Assembly: GCA_963836075.1 (NCBI GenBank)
Contig: CAWIIB010000009.1
Location: 2,880,001 to 2,944,000 of the forward strand
From: an uncultured Acidobacteriota bacterium
GTDB lineage: Bacteria; Acidobacteriota; JAQAZP01
Direction: 5' to 3'
Length of the DNA: 64,000 bases
In this document: positions 1-8,977 of the stretch, one piece after another
Layout: each line of letters begins with the position of its first letter
How positions within the stretch are numbered: the stretch's first letter is position 1
The notes under the pieces: generated by a model
Databases searched by the model: none
What the model was told of the DNA's origin: nothing
What the model saw: only the letters and a program-made list of their open reading frames with translations
Position numbers and translations under genes: made by a program

Positions 1-753
1 GCGGAGCTGGACCGGCTGCGGGCCATTGCCGGCGACCGGGGGATCCACCTGGTGGAGGATGCGGCCCATGCGGTGGCCTCGTCGTATCGCGGCCGGGCCG
101 TGGGTTCGTCGGAGAACCTGGCCGCGTTCAGCTTCTATGCCACCAAGAACCTGGCCACCGGGGAGGGTGGGATGCTCACCGGCCACCCGGACCTCATCGA
201 CCTGGCGCGTCCGCTGTCCCTTCACGGGATGAGCCGAGACGCCTGGAAGCGCTACGACAAGGCCGGCAGCTGGCGTTACAACGTGGCGGCCCCCGGATTC
301 AAGTACAACATGACCGACATCCAGGCCGCACTGGGCCTCTGCCAGCTCGCGAAACTGGGCTCTTTCCAGCAGCATCGATCGATGCTGGCCGGGCTGTACG
401 GGGAGGGCTTTTCGGGCTGCGACCTGCTCCAGATGCCGGCCTCCCGGCCGGAAGTCGAACACGCCTGGCACATCTACCTCGTGCGCCTGCGCACCGAGGC
501 GCTGACCATCGACCGCGACCAGGTGATCGAGGAACTGCGGGAGGCCAACATCGGCACGTCGGTGCACTTCATCCCGCTGCACCTGCACAGCTACTACGCC
601 GAGCGGTGCGGGGTGTCATCCGCGCAGCTGCCCGTGGCCTCCGCCGCATTCCCCCGGCTGCTCAGCCTGCCCATCCACCCGGGCATGACCCGCGGCGACG
701 CGGAGCAGGTGGCCGCGACGCTGAGGGATATTCTGGAGCGCAACCGCCGGTGA
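1..753 (+). CDS. DegT/DnrJ/EryC1/StrS family PLP-dependent sugar aminotransferase (5'-truncated by window edge)
   Basis: Frame is open from base 1 (AELDRLRAIA...VEDAAHA). Motifs EDAAHA, FSFYATKNL.TGEGGM, GFKYNMTDIQAALG and SVHFIPLH. Confidence 0.93.
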   Translation, partial: AELDRLRAIAGDRGIHLVEDAAHAVASSYRGRAVGSSENLAAFSFYATKNLATGEGGMLTGHPDLIDLARPLSLHGMSRDAWKRYDKAGSWRYNVAAPGFKYNMTDIQAALGLCQLAKLGSFQQHRSMLAGLYGEGFSGCDLLQMPASRPEVEHAWHIYLVRLRTEALTIDRDQVIEELREANIGTSVHFIPLHLHSYYAERCGVSSAQLPVASAAFPRLLSLPIHPGMTRGDAEQVAATLRDILERNRR

Positions 754-773
754 GCGGGGCCCCGGGGGGCCCG

Positions 774-2759
774 TTACTGGATGAAAAGGCCGGCTCCGGA
801 GGCTCCGTCGCCGTACTGATCGTGCACCCAGCCGTCCAGAGAGACCGTGCCGACCAGGGTCCGGAAGAGCCCGGTCCGGCGTGAGCGGATGGCCATGGTG
901 GCCAGGCCGTCGCTGTTGGTCCGTCCGCTGCGCATCCTGGACTGGCCGTTGGGGTACATCATCTCCGCCGTGACCACTGCGTCGGCCACCGGCAGCCCGG
1001 CGGCATCCACCACCGTCACCTGGGCCAGGATGCTGTATAGCTGTTGCGCCTCGTTGAATACCGAACTCATTGTCGTTCCGGAGACGTGGAGCCGCTGCAG
1101 CGGCGGGTCGACGTACTCGTCAAAGCCCATGTCGGCGGTGGCCACCAGGTCGCCGTCGCCGTCCATGGGCCGCGGGTCCCCTTCCCGGTCCGCCGCGGGA
1201 GCCTCGTCATTGAAACCGCTGTCGATGCCGGGTGATGAGGCGGTCAGACCGAAATCGCCGCCCAGCTGGTCGAAAAACATCGGGTTTGCCGAGAGATTGC
1301 CCGGGCCGGGCACCACGCCGTCTTGCACCAGCGAGTAGCTGACGGTGGCATCGCCACCCGCCAGATCGGACCCGTTGTCCCAGAGGATGCTGTTGGTCAC
1401 CGCAGCCGTGGCCCCTTCCGCCAGCATCAGCCCGCCCCCGGAACCCGTGGCTGAATTCCCGGCGATGGTGCTGTTGAGCAGCCAGGCCGAACCGCCGCTG
1501 ACGCTGATCGCTCCGCCGGTGCCCTCGGCGGCATTCCCGGCCATCAGGCAGTTCGCCAGTTGGGCCAGCGATCCGGCCTCCGTGACCGCGATGCCGGCGC
1601 CATCTCCGCCCTGGGTGGCCAGGTTGCCGGTGACCATCACGCCGTCGAGGGTCGCGCTGCTCTCATCGGCGACGCGCAGGGCACCGCCCAGGGGCGCGAA
1701 GTTACCGCTGATCCGGCCCCCGGAGAAAACGGGTGCGGACGTCTCGTTGGCCATCACGCCGCCGCCGGAGGTGAACCCCTCGTTGTCCTCGATCAGGTTG
1801 CCGCGGAATTCCGGCCTGGACTGGTTGATCCACACCCCGCCGCCCAGGGCCGAACTGTTGTTGGTGATTTCATTGCTCAGCAGCGCCAGGTCGTTCATCT
1901 TGCGGATGTAGACCCCGCCGCCCATCCGGTCGCCGAGGTTGTTGGTGATCGTATTGCCCACCAGGATCACGCTGCAGTAGAGCTTGGTGGCGATGCCGCC
2001 GCCGTGGCGGAGACCGCGGTTCCCGTCGATCAGGTTGTCGGCCACCAGGGCGCTGGAATAGAGCCGCACGGCCACGCCGCCCCCGCCCACCGAGGTGTTG
2101 CCGGTGACCGAGTTGGAGCTGATTTCGCCATAGGTGTGGTCGTCGAAATAGACACCCCCGCCCGCCGAGGTGTAGGGGTCGTCGGTGAAGTTGTCCCGGA
2201 CGTCATTTCCGGTGAAGATCACGTTCGAGGCGCCGGCATAGAACCCGCCGCCCCGCCTGACGGCGTTGTTGGCAGAGATCAGGTTGCCGGTGACCGTGGC
2301 CACGCTGCGCATGAGGTCGATGCCGCCGCCGGAATAGCCGGCCGAATTGCCGCTGATCACGTTGCCGGTGATCAGCACACCGGCGTCGGTGACCGCGATG
2401 CCGCCGCCGTTTTCAGCCAGCCCGTTGGTGATGGTGAAACCGTCGATAACGGCAGTCTCGCCTTCCCCCGGGGCGCGGGCGGCCGGAGGCGCGGAAATGG
2501 TGATAACCGAACCGGCCTGCCCACCGTCGATAATGGTGGCTTCAGGCCCGTCAGCGCTGGTCAGCAGGATGACTTTGCCCTGCAGGTCGACATTTTCCAC
2601 ATATGTGCCGGCGGCCACCAGGATGGTGTCGCCATCGGCCGCAGCCGTGACGGCGGCCTGGATGGTCGGCTGGTCCTGGGGCACCCCGATGGTGTCGGCC
2701 ACGGCGGCCGGCGCCAGCAGCATGAGGAGCAGGGTCAGAATCGCACTGTATCGAGACAT
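774..2759 (-). CDS. Secreted right-handed parallel beta-helix repeat protein with C-terminal Ig-like domain
   Basis: Signal peptide, then VPQDQPTIQAAV...GDTILVAAGTY.E. Many 'GN.A..GGG' beta-helix repeats; SPGIDSG...DGDGD...DMGFDE (choice-of-anchor Q-like) segment. Confidence 0.85.
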   Translation of the reverse strand: MSRYSAILTLLLMLLAPAAVADTIGVPQDQPTIQAAVTAAADGDTILVAAGTYVENVDLQGKVILLTSADGPEATIIDGGQAGSVITISAPPAARAPGEGETAVIDGFTITNGLAENGGGIAVTDAGVLITGNVISGNSAGYSGGGIDLMRSVATVTGNLISANNAVRRGGGFYAGASNVIFTGNDVRDNFTDDPYTSAGGGVYFDDHTYGEISSNSVTGNTSVGGGGVAVRLYSSALVADNLIDGNRGLRHGGGIATKLYCSVILVGNTITNNLGDRMGGGVYIRKMNDLALLSNEITNNSSALGGGVWINQSRPEFRGNLIEDNEGFTSGGGVMANETSAPVFSGGRISGNFAPLGGALRVADESSATLDGVMVTGNLATQGGDGAGIAVTEAGSLAQLANCLMAGNAAEGTGGAISVSGGSAWLLNSTIAGNSATGSGGGLMLAEGATAAVTNSILWDNGSDLAGGDATVSYSLVQDGVVPGPGNLSANPMFFDQLGGDFGLTASSPGIDSGFNDEAPAADREGDPRPMDGDGDLVATADMGFDEYVDPPLQRLHVSGTTMSSVFNEAQQLYSILAQVTVVDAAGLPVADAVVTAEMMYPNGQSRMRSGRTNSDGLATMAIRSRRTGLFRTLVGTVSLDGWVHDQYGDGASGAGLFIQ

Positions 2760-2906
2760 TGGTATTCTCCATTGATGTTCTGGTGAGAGAAGGGGGCCGC
2801 CGGTGAAGGGAGAACAACATCGCAGGCCCCTCTATTGCGACATCTAAGTATTGGGAATTACCGGGAATTGGTCAAGTTATTTAGCGGGGAAAAGAAGGGA
2901 AAGAGC

Positions 2907-2955
2907 AAGGGCGGAGCGCCCGGCACCGCTGGTGCGGCCGGAAAACTCCGCCCTC
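2907..2955 (-). terminator. Probable intrinsic terminator of the 2980-4819 gene
   Basis: AGGGCGGAG...CTCCGCCCT inverted repeat followed on the minus strand by a pyrimidine-rich tail, just downstream of the stop codon. Confidence 0.5.
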
Positions 2956-2979
2956 TCGACCTGGCTGGCCGGGCGCCGA

Positions 2980-4819
2980 TCAGTCCATCAGCTGGTAGCT
3001 CCGGCGCCCGTACGTCCGTCCAATGGCGCCGCGGTAGTCGATATCGCTGGTGTACGGCCAGGACACGTCATCGTAGGAGACACCCGGGGTGTACACCTCG
3101 TTGGCCGACGGGCGGTAGCGGCCCATCATGGTCAGCGGATCGAAGGTGCCTTCATCGATCGCGGCCACATCGAAGCCCGGATCGATCTCCAGGCCCGCCG
3201 TTTCCCAGTCGGTGCCCGACTGGCTGCGGAAATCGGACAGCGAGTAGAACACGCCGCTGCTGCCCCACTGGAAGAACATCGGCATGAATCCCGCACCGTT
3301 GCGCCAGTAGATATTGCCGTTGTACTCCGTTCCCTCGGAGGCCAGCTCGCTGGAGCAGCATATCCGGTCATCGAGCGCGAAAAAGATATTGTTCCGCACC
3401 TGCTTGTGGATGCTGCCGTCCACCACGTTGGGACCGAAGGCGTAGTGTGCGATCCGTCCCTTGCGGGCGATGAAGGTGTTGTTGTAGATCTTCCACTGGG
3501 CTTCGGTGGATCCCTCGTCATGGGAGCCGAAAGGTGTTCCGGCGGACCAGACCGGGTAGCGGTCGTCGCGCCAGCTGCCCACACGGCCCGAGCGGTGGTA
3601 GCCGGTGGAGTCGATGATGTTGTGGTGGATGTAGACCTCACCGCCGGCCTCGTCGTGGGGCAGGATCGAGATGCCCAGCATGGTCTTGTGCAGCAGGTTG
3701 AAACCGATCTCCACGTCCCAGACGTTTCTCAGGACGTCGATGGCGTCGTCCCGGGTATTGTGAAACGTGTTGTGCATCACCCGGGTACCGCTGGAGCCTT
3801 CACGCACGCCGATGCCGTCCATGGTGTTGCTGATGGTGCAGTAACTGATGATGAACCCCGAGAGGTCGCCGTTGATCGCCATGGACTGGAACTCCGGATA
3901 GGCCTCGGCCACGTCCTGCCCCCCGCCCTTGACGTCGGTCCAGTAGACATAGTGCGGCATGCCGTTGTTGAATGTGCAGCGGGTGATGGTGCACTCCCGG
4001 GCACTGCGCACCAGCACACCGTAACGGCCGTGCTGAAAGGTGCAGTCCCGGATGATCAGGTTCCTGGTGTCGTCCCGCAGATCGATGGCGGTGGAGGCGT
4101 GGCGGAAGTCGATGCGGTCGAAGATCACGTGCTGCGCACCGCTGGCCATCACCAGCTGGCCGGACAGGAAAACGGCGATACGGTTCAGCCGCGGGTTGGG
4201 GTTCGCCGGCAGGGGCGGCATCGGGTTCCCGTTGTGATCGGTCTGGTCATTGGGATTCATCACCAGGCGGATATAGATGTGGCAGTCACCCCGCAGTTGC
4301 ACCCCCGGTCCGATATAGAGCGGGTCCGTGCCGTTCAGCGGTCCAAAGTTCGTCGAGTCCATGTTTGCCGCGCTGGAGGACCTGGACCAGGTTTGCGTCG
4401 TCGTCCAGCAGCCAGGCGCCGGCATAACTGCCGTTGTAGGTGCGGGTGCTGCGGTAGAGTTTGAGGTAGCTGTCCACCAGCTCCCAGTCATTGTTTGGCG
4501 CCGTGCTGTATTGCGGCTCGGCGCCGTCGATCACGGCTTGCTCACCCGGATAGGACCTGATGGTGATCGGCGCTTCCTGCGTACCCTGCAGCATGACGAT
4601 GATATCGCTTTCGTAGTAGACACCCCCCCTGAGATAGACTGTGTCCCCCGGCTGCAGGTCGCTCATCACGGCATGCTGGACAGAGTTCCAGGGATTGTTG
4701 AAGGTGCCGCTTCCGGTCTGGTCCGAACCCGTTGGTGACACGTAGAACTGTCCTGCTCCGGCGCACGGGCCGAGGACCAGGGTGAGCATGAGCACCAGCA
4801 ATCCGGGCTTGTACTTCAT
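2980..4819 (-). CDS. Secreted beta-helix (pectin lyase-like/DUF1565-type) protein; +1 frameshift near 4380, probably a sequencing error
   Basis: N-terminal part in ORF 4286-4981 (MKYKPGLLVLML signal, FYVSPTGSD, LQPGDTVYLRGGVY) joins the beta-helix part in ORF 2980-4491. Span length mod 3 = 1. Confidence 0.8.
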
Positions 4820-4914
4820 CAATTCTCCTCTACCTCTTCCGTTGTTATGCACCAGCCCGCGGTCGTGCCGGTCAGGGTTTGGCCGCAGGAAGGCACTGGA
4901 TACATAGATATAGA

Positions 4915-4930
4915 AGCAAGCGATGTACCA
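4915..4930 (-). promoter_or_regulatory. Sigma54 (-24/-12) promoter of the beta-helix gene
   Basis: Minus strand reads TGGTAC-ATCGC-TTGCT, matching TGGCAC-N5-TTGCW with exact GG-N10-GC spacing, about 95 bp upstream of ATG 4819. Confidence 0.65.
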
Positions 4931-5083
4931 CAGGTGAGGGACGGACATACATGCCTTCAACATGCTGTCAACAAAAGACAAAACGGATTTGCACGGGGCG
5001 GCAAGTCAATTCGGGCCGGGCGTGTGCGAATTCTGGGTGACGGAATTGTAATTCGGAGTCAAAACGGAAACTGGCGGTGGTGG

Positions 5084-5797
5084 TCAGGCCAGCCTGTTCA
5101 GCAGCCTGCGGTAGGCCTTGATCCCATACAGCGCCGGGGACCAGAACAGCATGGGCATCTTCATGCTGAACCGGTATCGAGCGGGCCCCGGACTGCCGTC
5201 CGGCTGTATCTGGCGGACGATGTGGATGTGGAAGAAAACCAGGATCACGATCAGTGTGAACTGCCTGACCATGGAGAAGCCGCACTTGAGAAACAGCTTT
5301 TGCGAGGGGATGTTGACCGGCTCGATGGCCACCTCGATGCGGGTGACTTCGGGCCGCGCCCTGAAGAACTCCACCGTGCGGTAGATCATCAACGTCCCGA
5401 GGCCGGACTTGCGAAACTCTTTCCTGGCCATTCCCCGGTGCAGGTAGGCCGTCCCCGTCTCGATCGGATCCTGTGCGCAGGAGAGGGCGTGGGGTTTTCT
5501 CTTCACCTTGCACCAGTGGTAGTAGACCGGCTCGCCGTCCCGGACAATGTAGTGACCGACCTGCCGCTGGTTGAGGAATTTCCGGAACCGCCTGACGGAC
5601 CGGGCTCCGGGCCAGCGGCTGAGCGCCGGCAAGGCCTCGTCGTCGATGTCGCTGACGTTCAGATCCACCGCATCGGGGGTGATGGGCACCGTGTCCGATT
5701 CCAGATCGAATCGAAAGACCAGTTGTTTGCTGACGGCCGCCAAAGCGGACAGCAGCCGTAACACCAATGCCACGAGGCGGGGTCTGTCCTGTTCCAT
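5084..5797 (-). CDS. GNAT-family N-acetyltransferase-like protein
   Basis: AYLHRGMARKEFRKSGLG (acetyl-CoA binding R/QxxGxG) and N..SQKLFLKCGF motifs. Confidence 0.7.
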   Translation of the reverse strand: MEQDRPRLVALVLRLLSALAAVSKQLVFRFDLESDTVPITPDAVDLNVSDIDDEALPALSRWPGARSVRRFRKFLNQRQVGHYIVRDGEPVYYHWCKVKRKPHALSCAQDPIETGTAYLHRGMARKEFRKSGLGTLMIYRTVEFFRARPEVTRIEVAIEPVNIPSQKLFLKCGFSMVRQFTLIVILVFFHIHIVRQIQPDGSPGPARYRFSMKMPMLFWSPALYGIKAYRRLLNRLA

Positions 5798-6017
5798 GTT
5801 CTTCCCGTTGCACTGAGCCGCGTCCCATTGACCCGCTACCTCTTCCAGTCTAGCCCAAAATCCGGGCCGGTTCCAGCGAGTGCCCCGGGGATACGCAGGT
5901 CAGCCCGGAAATTTTTACCGCTTGATGTTACAATCGGACCATAGTATTCAGAGTCGATGCCGTGCAGCCGTGGACCGTACAATTACGGATCGCGGCGGAA
6001 GTTCAGGAGGTCGTCAG

Positions 6018-6737
6018 GTGGGTGTGCTCGGTGGAAAAGCGTTGCTGCTGCTGAAGTTCGTCATCCGCCGGCTGGTCCTCGTCAACAGGCAATTCCGTTT
6101 CCGCTGGCCCGACCCCATCATTCGCGATGCCGCACTTCCTGAAGGCGTGGTGTTTGCCCAGGTGACCCACGAAAATGTCGGGCTCATTCGGGAGTGGAAG
6201 GGGGCCCTGCTCGAACGACGGTTTCGGGTTCTGCTGAACCGCAAGCACCTGGGGATCTACGCGCTTTCGGACAACAGGGTTGTGGGTTTCCTCTGGCTGG
6301 CGATCAACCTTGGTTCCACTCCCGCCTGCTTTCAGTATGATCTGATCGACGTTGGCGAGGCGATCTCGGCCAGGTCCGAAACACGTCCGGAATTCCGTCG
6401 AATGAGAATCGCGTTTCATGTGCACGCCGAGATGCTCGAACTGGTGCGCAGGATCCATGGCGGCCAGGTGACGAGGATCTGGGGGGTCACACCCACCAAC
6501 AACCGGGAGATGCAGGATCTGGCCCACACCCTCAATTGTGTTCGCGTTCAGGAGCAGCAGGTGGTGGCTTTTCTCGGCCTGCTGTTCATCAACCGCATCT
6601 GGGATCTGGTGCCCGATACGACCCGGCGATCCGGCAGCGGCCGAATCGTGGTCCGCTGGCGTGTGCCGGACCTCCTCTACACGCCATGGGTCATTCGGTT
6701 GTGGCGGGGGCCCCGGGCGCGCGCACTCCGAAAATAG
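6018..6737 (+). CDS. Divergent GNAT-like protein, paralogue of 5084-5797
   Basis: GTG start with AGGAGG RBS at 6005-6010. ETRPEFRRMRIA motif; colinear similarity to the upstream GNAT. Confidence 0.6.
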   Translation: MGVLGGKALLLLKFVIRRLVLVNRQFRFRWPDPIIRDAALPEGVVFAQVTHENVGLIREWKGALLERRFRVLLNRKHLGIYALSDNRVVGFLWLAINLGSTPACFQYDLIDVGEAISARSETRPEFRRMRIAFHVHAEMLELVRRIHGGQVTRIWGVTPTNNREMQDLAHTLNCVRVQEQQVVAFLGLLFINRIWDLVPDTTRRSGSGRIVVRWRVPDLLYTPWVIRLWRGPRARALRK

Positions 6738-8976
6738 TTCCGTAGCGTTTCAGATTGAGTTGCTCCGCGAATGCCTGAACCTTGGTAATCGTGCTGCTCG
6801 ACCTTCTCGTGTCATCGAGGCAGTCGCCGTCGAGAAAAAGCGTGGGGTAGCCGCTGTTTCGGATCTGGTGCTGGATACTCTCGCTGGCCAGGGGACAGTG
6901 GCCGAAGAAATGGGCAAAAAGGATGATGCCGTCCACCCGGTAGGTTTTCGCCATCTCCATGATGTAGGACATCCTGCTGTTGATGTGATTGATCGGCTGG
7001 ACGATTCTCCGGGCGATGCTCTCGTAGGGCTGGTCCGGATCCAGTATCGGCCAGTGGATATGGTTCAGTTCTTCAGCGACGATGGCGCAGCCCATCTCAC
7101 CTTCCAGGGCCTGGAAAATCGACGGGTCATTGTAGTCCCAGAGATAGAGCCAGAGGATCCTGTGCTTCTCTCCCAGGCTGAACAGCGGCGATTCGCCGGG
7201 TGCTAAGCGACGTGCCCGTTCGGCCAGTTCCTCATAATATGCTTTTGTGACCTCGACGAATTCGCGGCTGCCCCATCCCGTGGAATAGAGCATGGCCCGT
7301 TTCAGCAGTTCAGACCCAAGGGCCAGGGCCGGATTCCCGGCCCGCAGCTCTTCGGTCAGGATGTGGTAGCGGCGAGCCCGGTTGGTGTTCTCGATGATTT
7401 CGCGCAACTTATCCGGATCGTGCCGGACACCCAGTGTCTCCTCGATCCGGGTTACGGCCTGCCGGAGCTGGAGGGCCAAAAAATCGATCCCGGCCTGGTT
7501 GTCGAAGGTGAACGTGGGAAGGTCCAGGGTGCAGACCTGCCTCTCGGTGTCGATGCCGAACTGCTCGTGCGCGCGGTCGATAACCCGCAGCATGTGCTGA
7601 CGGTAGTAGTCGCAGCTTCCGCTGGTATGGAAGATGAAATCGGGCCTGGGCGTCCGTTCGAGCCGTCCCAGCACCGACGAGAGTATGGTGCAGGTGGCCC
7701 GGTCCACACCCTCTTCTCTCGATGCGGTCAGCAGGTTTTCCTGCGCCATTTTCTGATCGATTGCCGCCAGAATGGGCAGGGCCAGGGGAACGATGTCGAA
7801 GAGATGGCAGATTTCGCTGGGGAAGAGGGTGCCGCTCCAGGCAACTTTCGGCCTCGACGGCCCTGTCCGTGCGGCGAGACCCAGCTGCTTCTTGAGCGAC
7901 TCCTTGCGCCGTCTGTCGCTGGTGAGCGGCGGGCACAACCTCCGCCCGGTCTCCCGTGCCGCATCGCCGATCTCCATGCTTTCCCTGGCCAGCAGGGCTG
8001 CGCCGAGCGCACCCATCAGGTGCGAGACGGGCCTGAGTTGACCCGTTTCGTCGCGGTACTCCTGGAGCTCGGGGACGACCAGCAGTGGTGCCGAGTTTCC
8101 GGGAAGGTTCCTGCTTTTCTTCAGCAGGTGGTCCAGGCCCAGCCGGACACCGGAATTGAACGAGACACCGCCCTGGAACGATATCCTGCCGCGGTAGTCC
8201 CGCAGAGCGGGCATCACTGTGTTGTAGATCTGTTTGGCCTGGGCCCAGCAAATTGCTGCCGTCCGTTCGGGAAGGGTCAGCGATCCTTTTTTCTTCACAT
8301 AGGAGGACTTGGTGAAAACCGTACAGGTCGACGAAAAAACTTCCAGCGGCATCGGTGATTCGTTGCTGAGGGAGGCGATATACCGCTCGATATACTTCCC
8401 GCCGATATCACCGAACTCCGAGACGCTCATCTGTTCCACCCGGGCTATTTCCTCCAGATACGCCCCGGTGCCGGCGGCGCAGAGCCCGCTCATCTGGAAA
8501 TCGATCGGGCTGGATAGCCGGATGACCTTCGAGTCCTGGCCGCCCACATCGATGATCGCCTGAACGCCATCGGTATTGGAGGCTTCCTGCATTCCCCGCG
8601 AGTGGGCGCTGATTTCGCTGACCAGCCGGTCCAGGGGAACGGAAAAGGGAATGCCCTTGTGGACCTGGTTCCCGGTGGCGATGAAACAGTCGATCTTCAC
8701 CCCGAACGTCCCGCTGCAGGAGGAGACGAACTCTTCGGTCCGCTCCACGATGAAGTTCGAGTTGCAGGGGTTCCTGCAGTCTCCACAGGATTGGATGCAG
8801 TGGTTGCCGGTGGTCCGTTCCGGACTGTCTTCCGCCTCGCTGACCGGGCAATAGCGGGAATCCAGTATCTTTCCGGCATTGTCGATCAACACCAGGACGA
8901 GACTCACCGCCCCCACATCCAGACCGAGGTAGGCTGGGGGCTTTTTGTCCGTGCATTGCTCGGCTGAAGTCATCAT
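6691..8976 (-). CDS. Fused acyl-CoA dehydratase activase (BadF/BcrAD/HgdC ATPase) + 2-hydroxyacyl-CoA dehydratase (HgdAB/FldBC-like)
   Basis: ASKHA activase motifs LGLDVG, EISAH, IIDVGGQDSK, CAAGTG, CTVF, GGV..N and GALGAA. C-terminal HGD-D motifs TC, SCD, VDGII....FGHC, LFLDGD and TKVQAF.E. Confidence 0.85.
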   Translation of the reverse strand: MMTSAEQCTDKKPPAYLGLDVGAVSLVLVLIDNAGKILDSRYCPVSEAEDSPERTTGNHCIQSCGDCRNPCNSNFIVERTEEFVSSCSGTFGVKIDCFIATGNQVHKGIPFSVPLDRLVSEISAHSRGMQEASNTDGVQAIIDVGGQDSKVIRLSSPIDFQMSGLCAAGTGAYLEEIARVEQMSVSEFGDIGGKYIERYIASLSNESPMPLEVFSSTCTVFTKSSYVKKKGSLTLPERTAAICWAQAKQIYNTVMPALRDYRGRISFQGGVSFNSGVRLGLDHLLKKSRNLPGNSAPLLVVPELQEYRDETGQLRPVSHLMGALGAALLARESMEIGDAARETGRRLCPPLTSDRRRKESLKKQLGLAARTGPSRPKVAWSGTLFPSEICHLFDIVPLALPILAAIDQKMAQENLLTASREEGVDRATCTILSSVLGRLERTPRPDFIFHTSGSCDYYRQHMLRVIDRAHEQFGIDTERQVCTLDLPTFTFDNQAGIDFLALQLRQAVTRIEETLGVRHDPDKLREIIENTNRARRYHILTEELRAGNPALALGSELLKRAMLYSTGWGSREFVEVTKAYYEELAERARRLAPGESPLFSLGEKHRILWLYLWDYNDPSIFQALEGEMGCAIVAEELNHIHWPILDPDQPYESIARRIVQPINHINSRMSYIMEMAKTYRVDGIILFAHFFGHCPLASESIQHQIRNSGYPTLFLDGDCLDDTRRSSSTITKVQAFAEQLNLKRYGTIFGVRAPGAPATTE

Positions 8977-8977
8977 G

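Noticed and set aside
5900-8950. Apparently lower-GC segment as a horizontally acquired island
   Set aside because: This is only a visual impression. No integrase, tRNA or flanking direct repeats were found, and GC was not computed.
6691-8976. Radical SAM enzyme call based on CxxxCxxC
   Set aside because: The surrounding sequence is clearly an ASKHA activase plus dehydratase, with no radical SAM barrel motifs.
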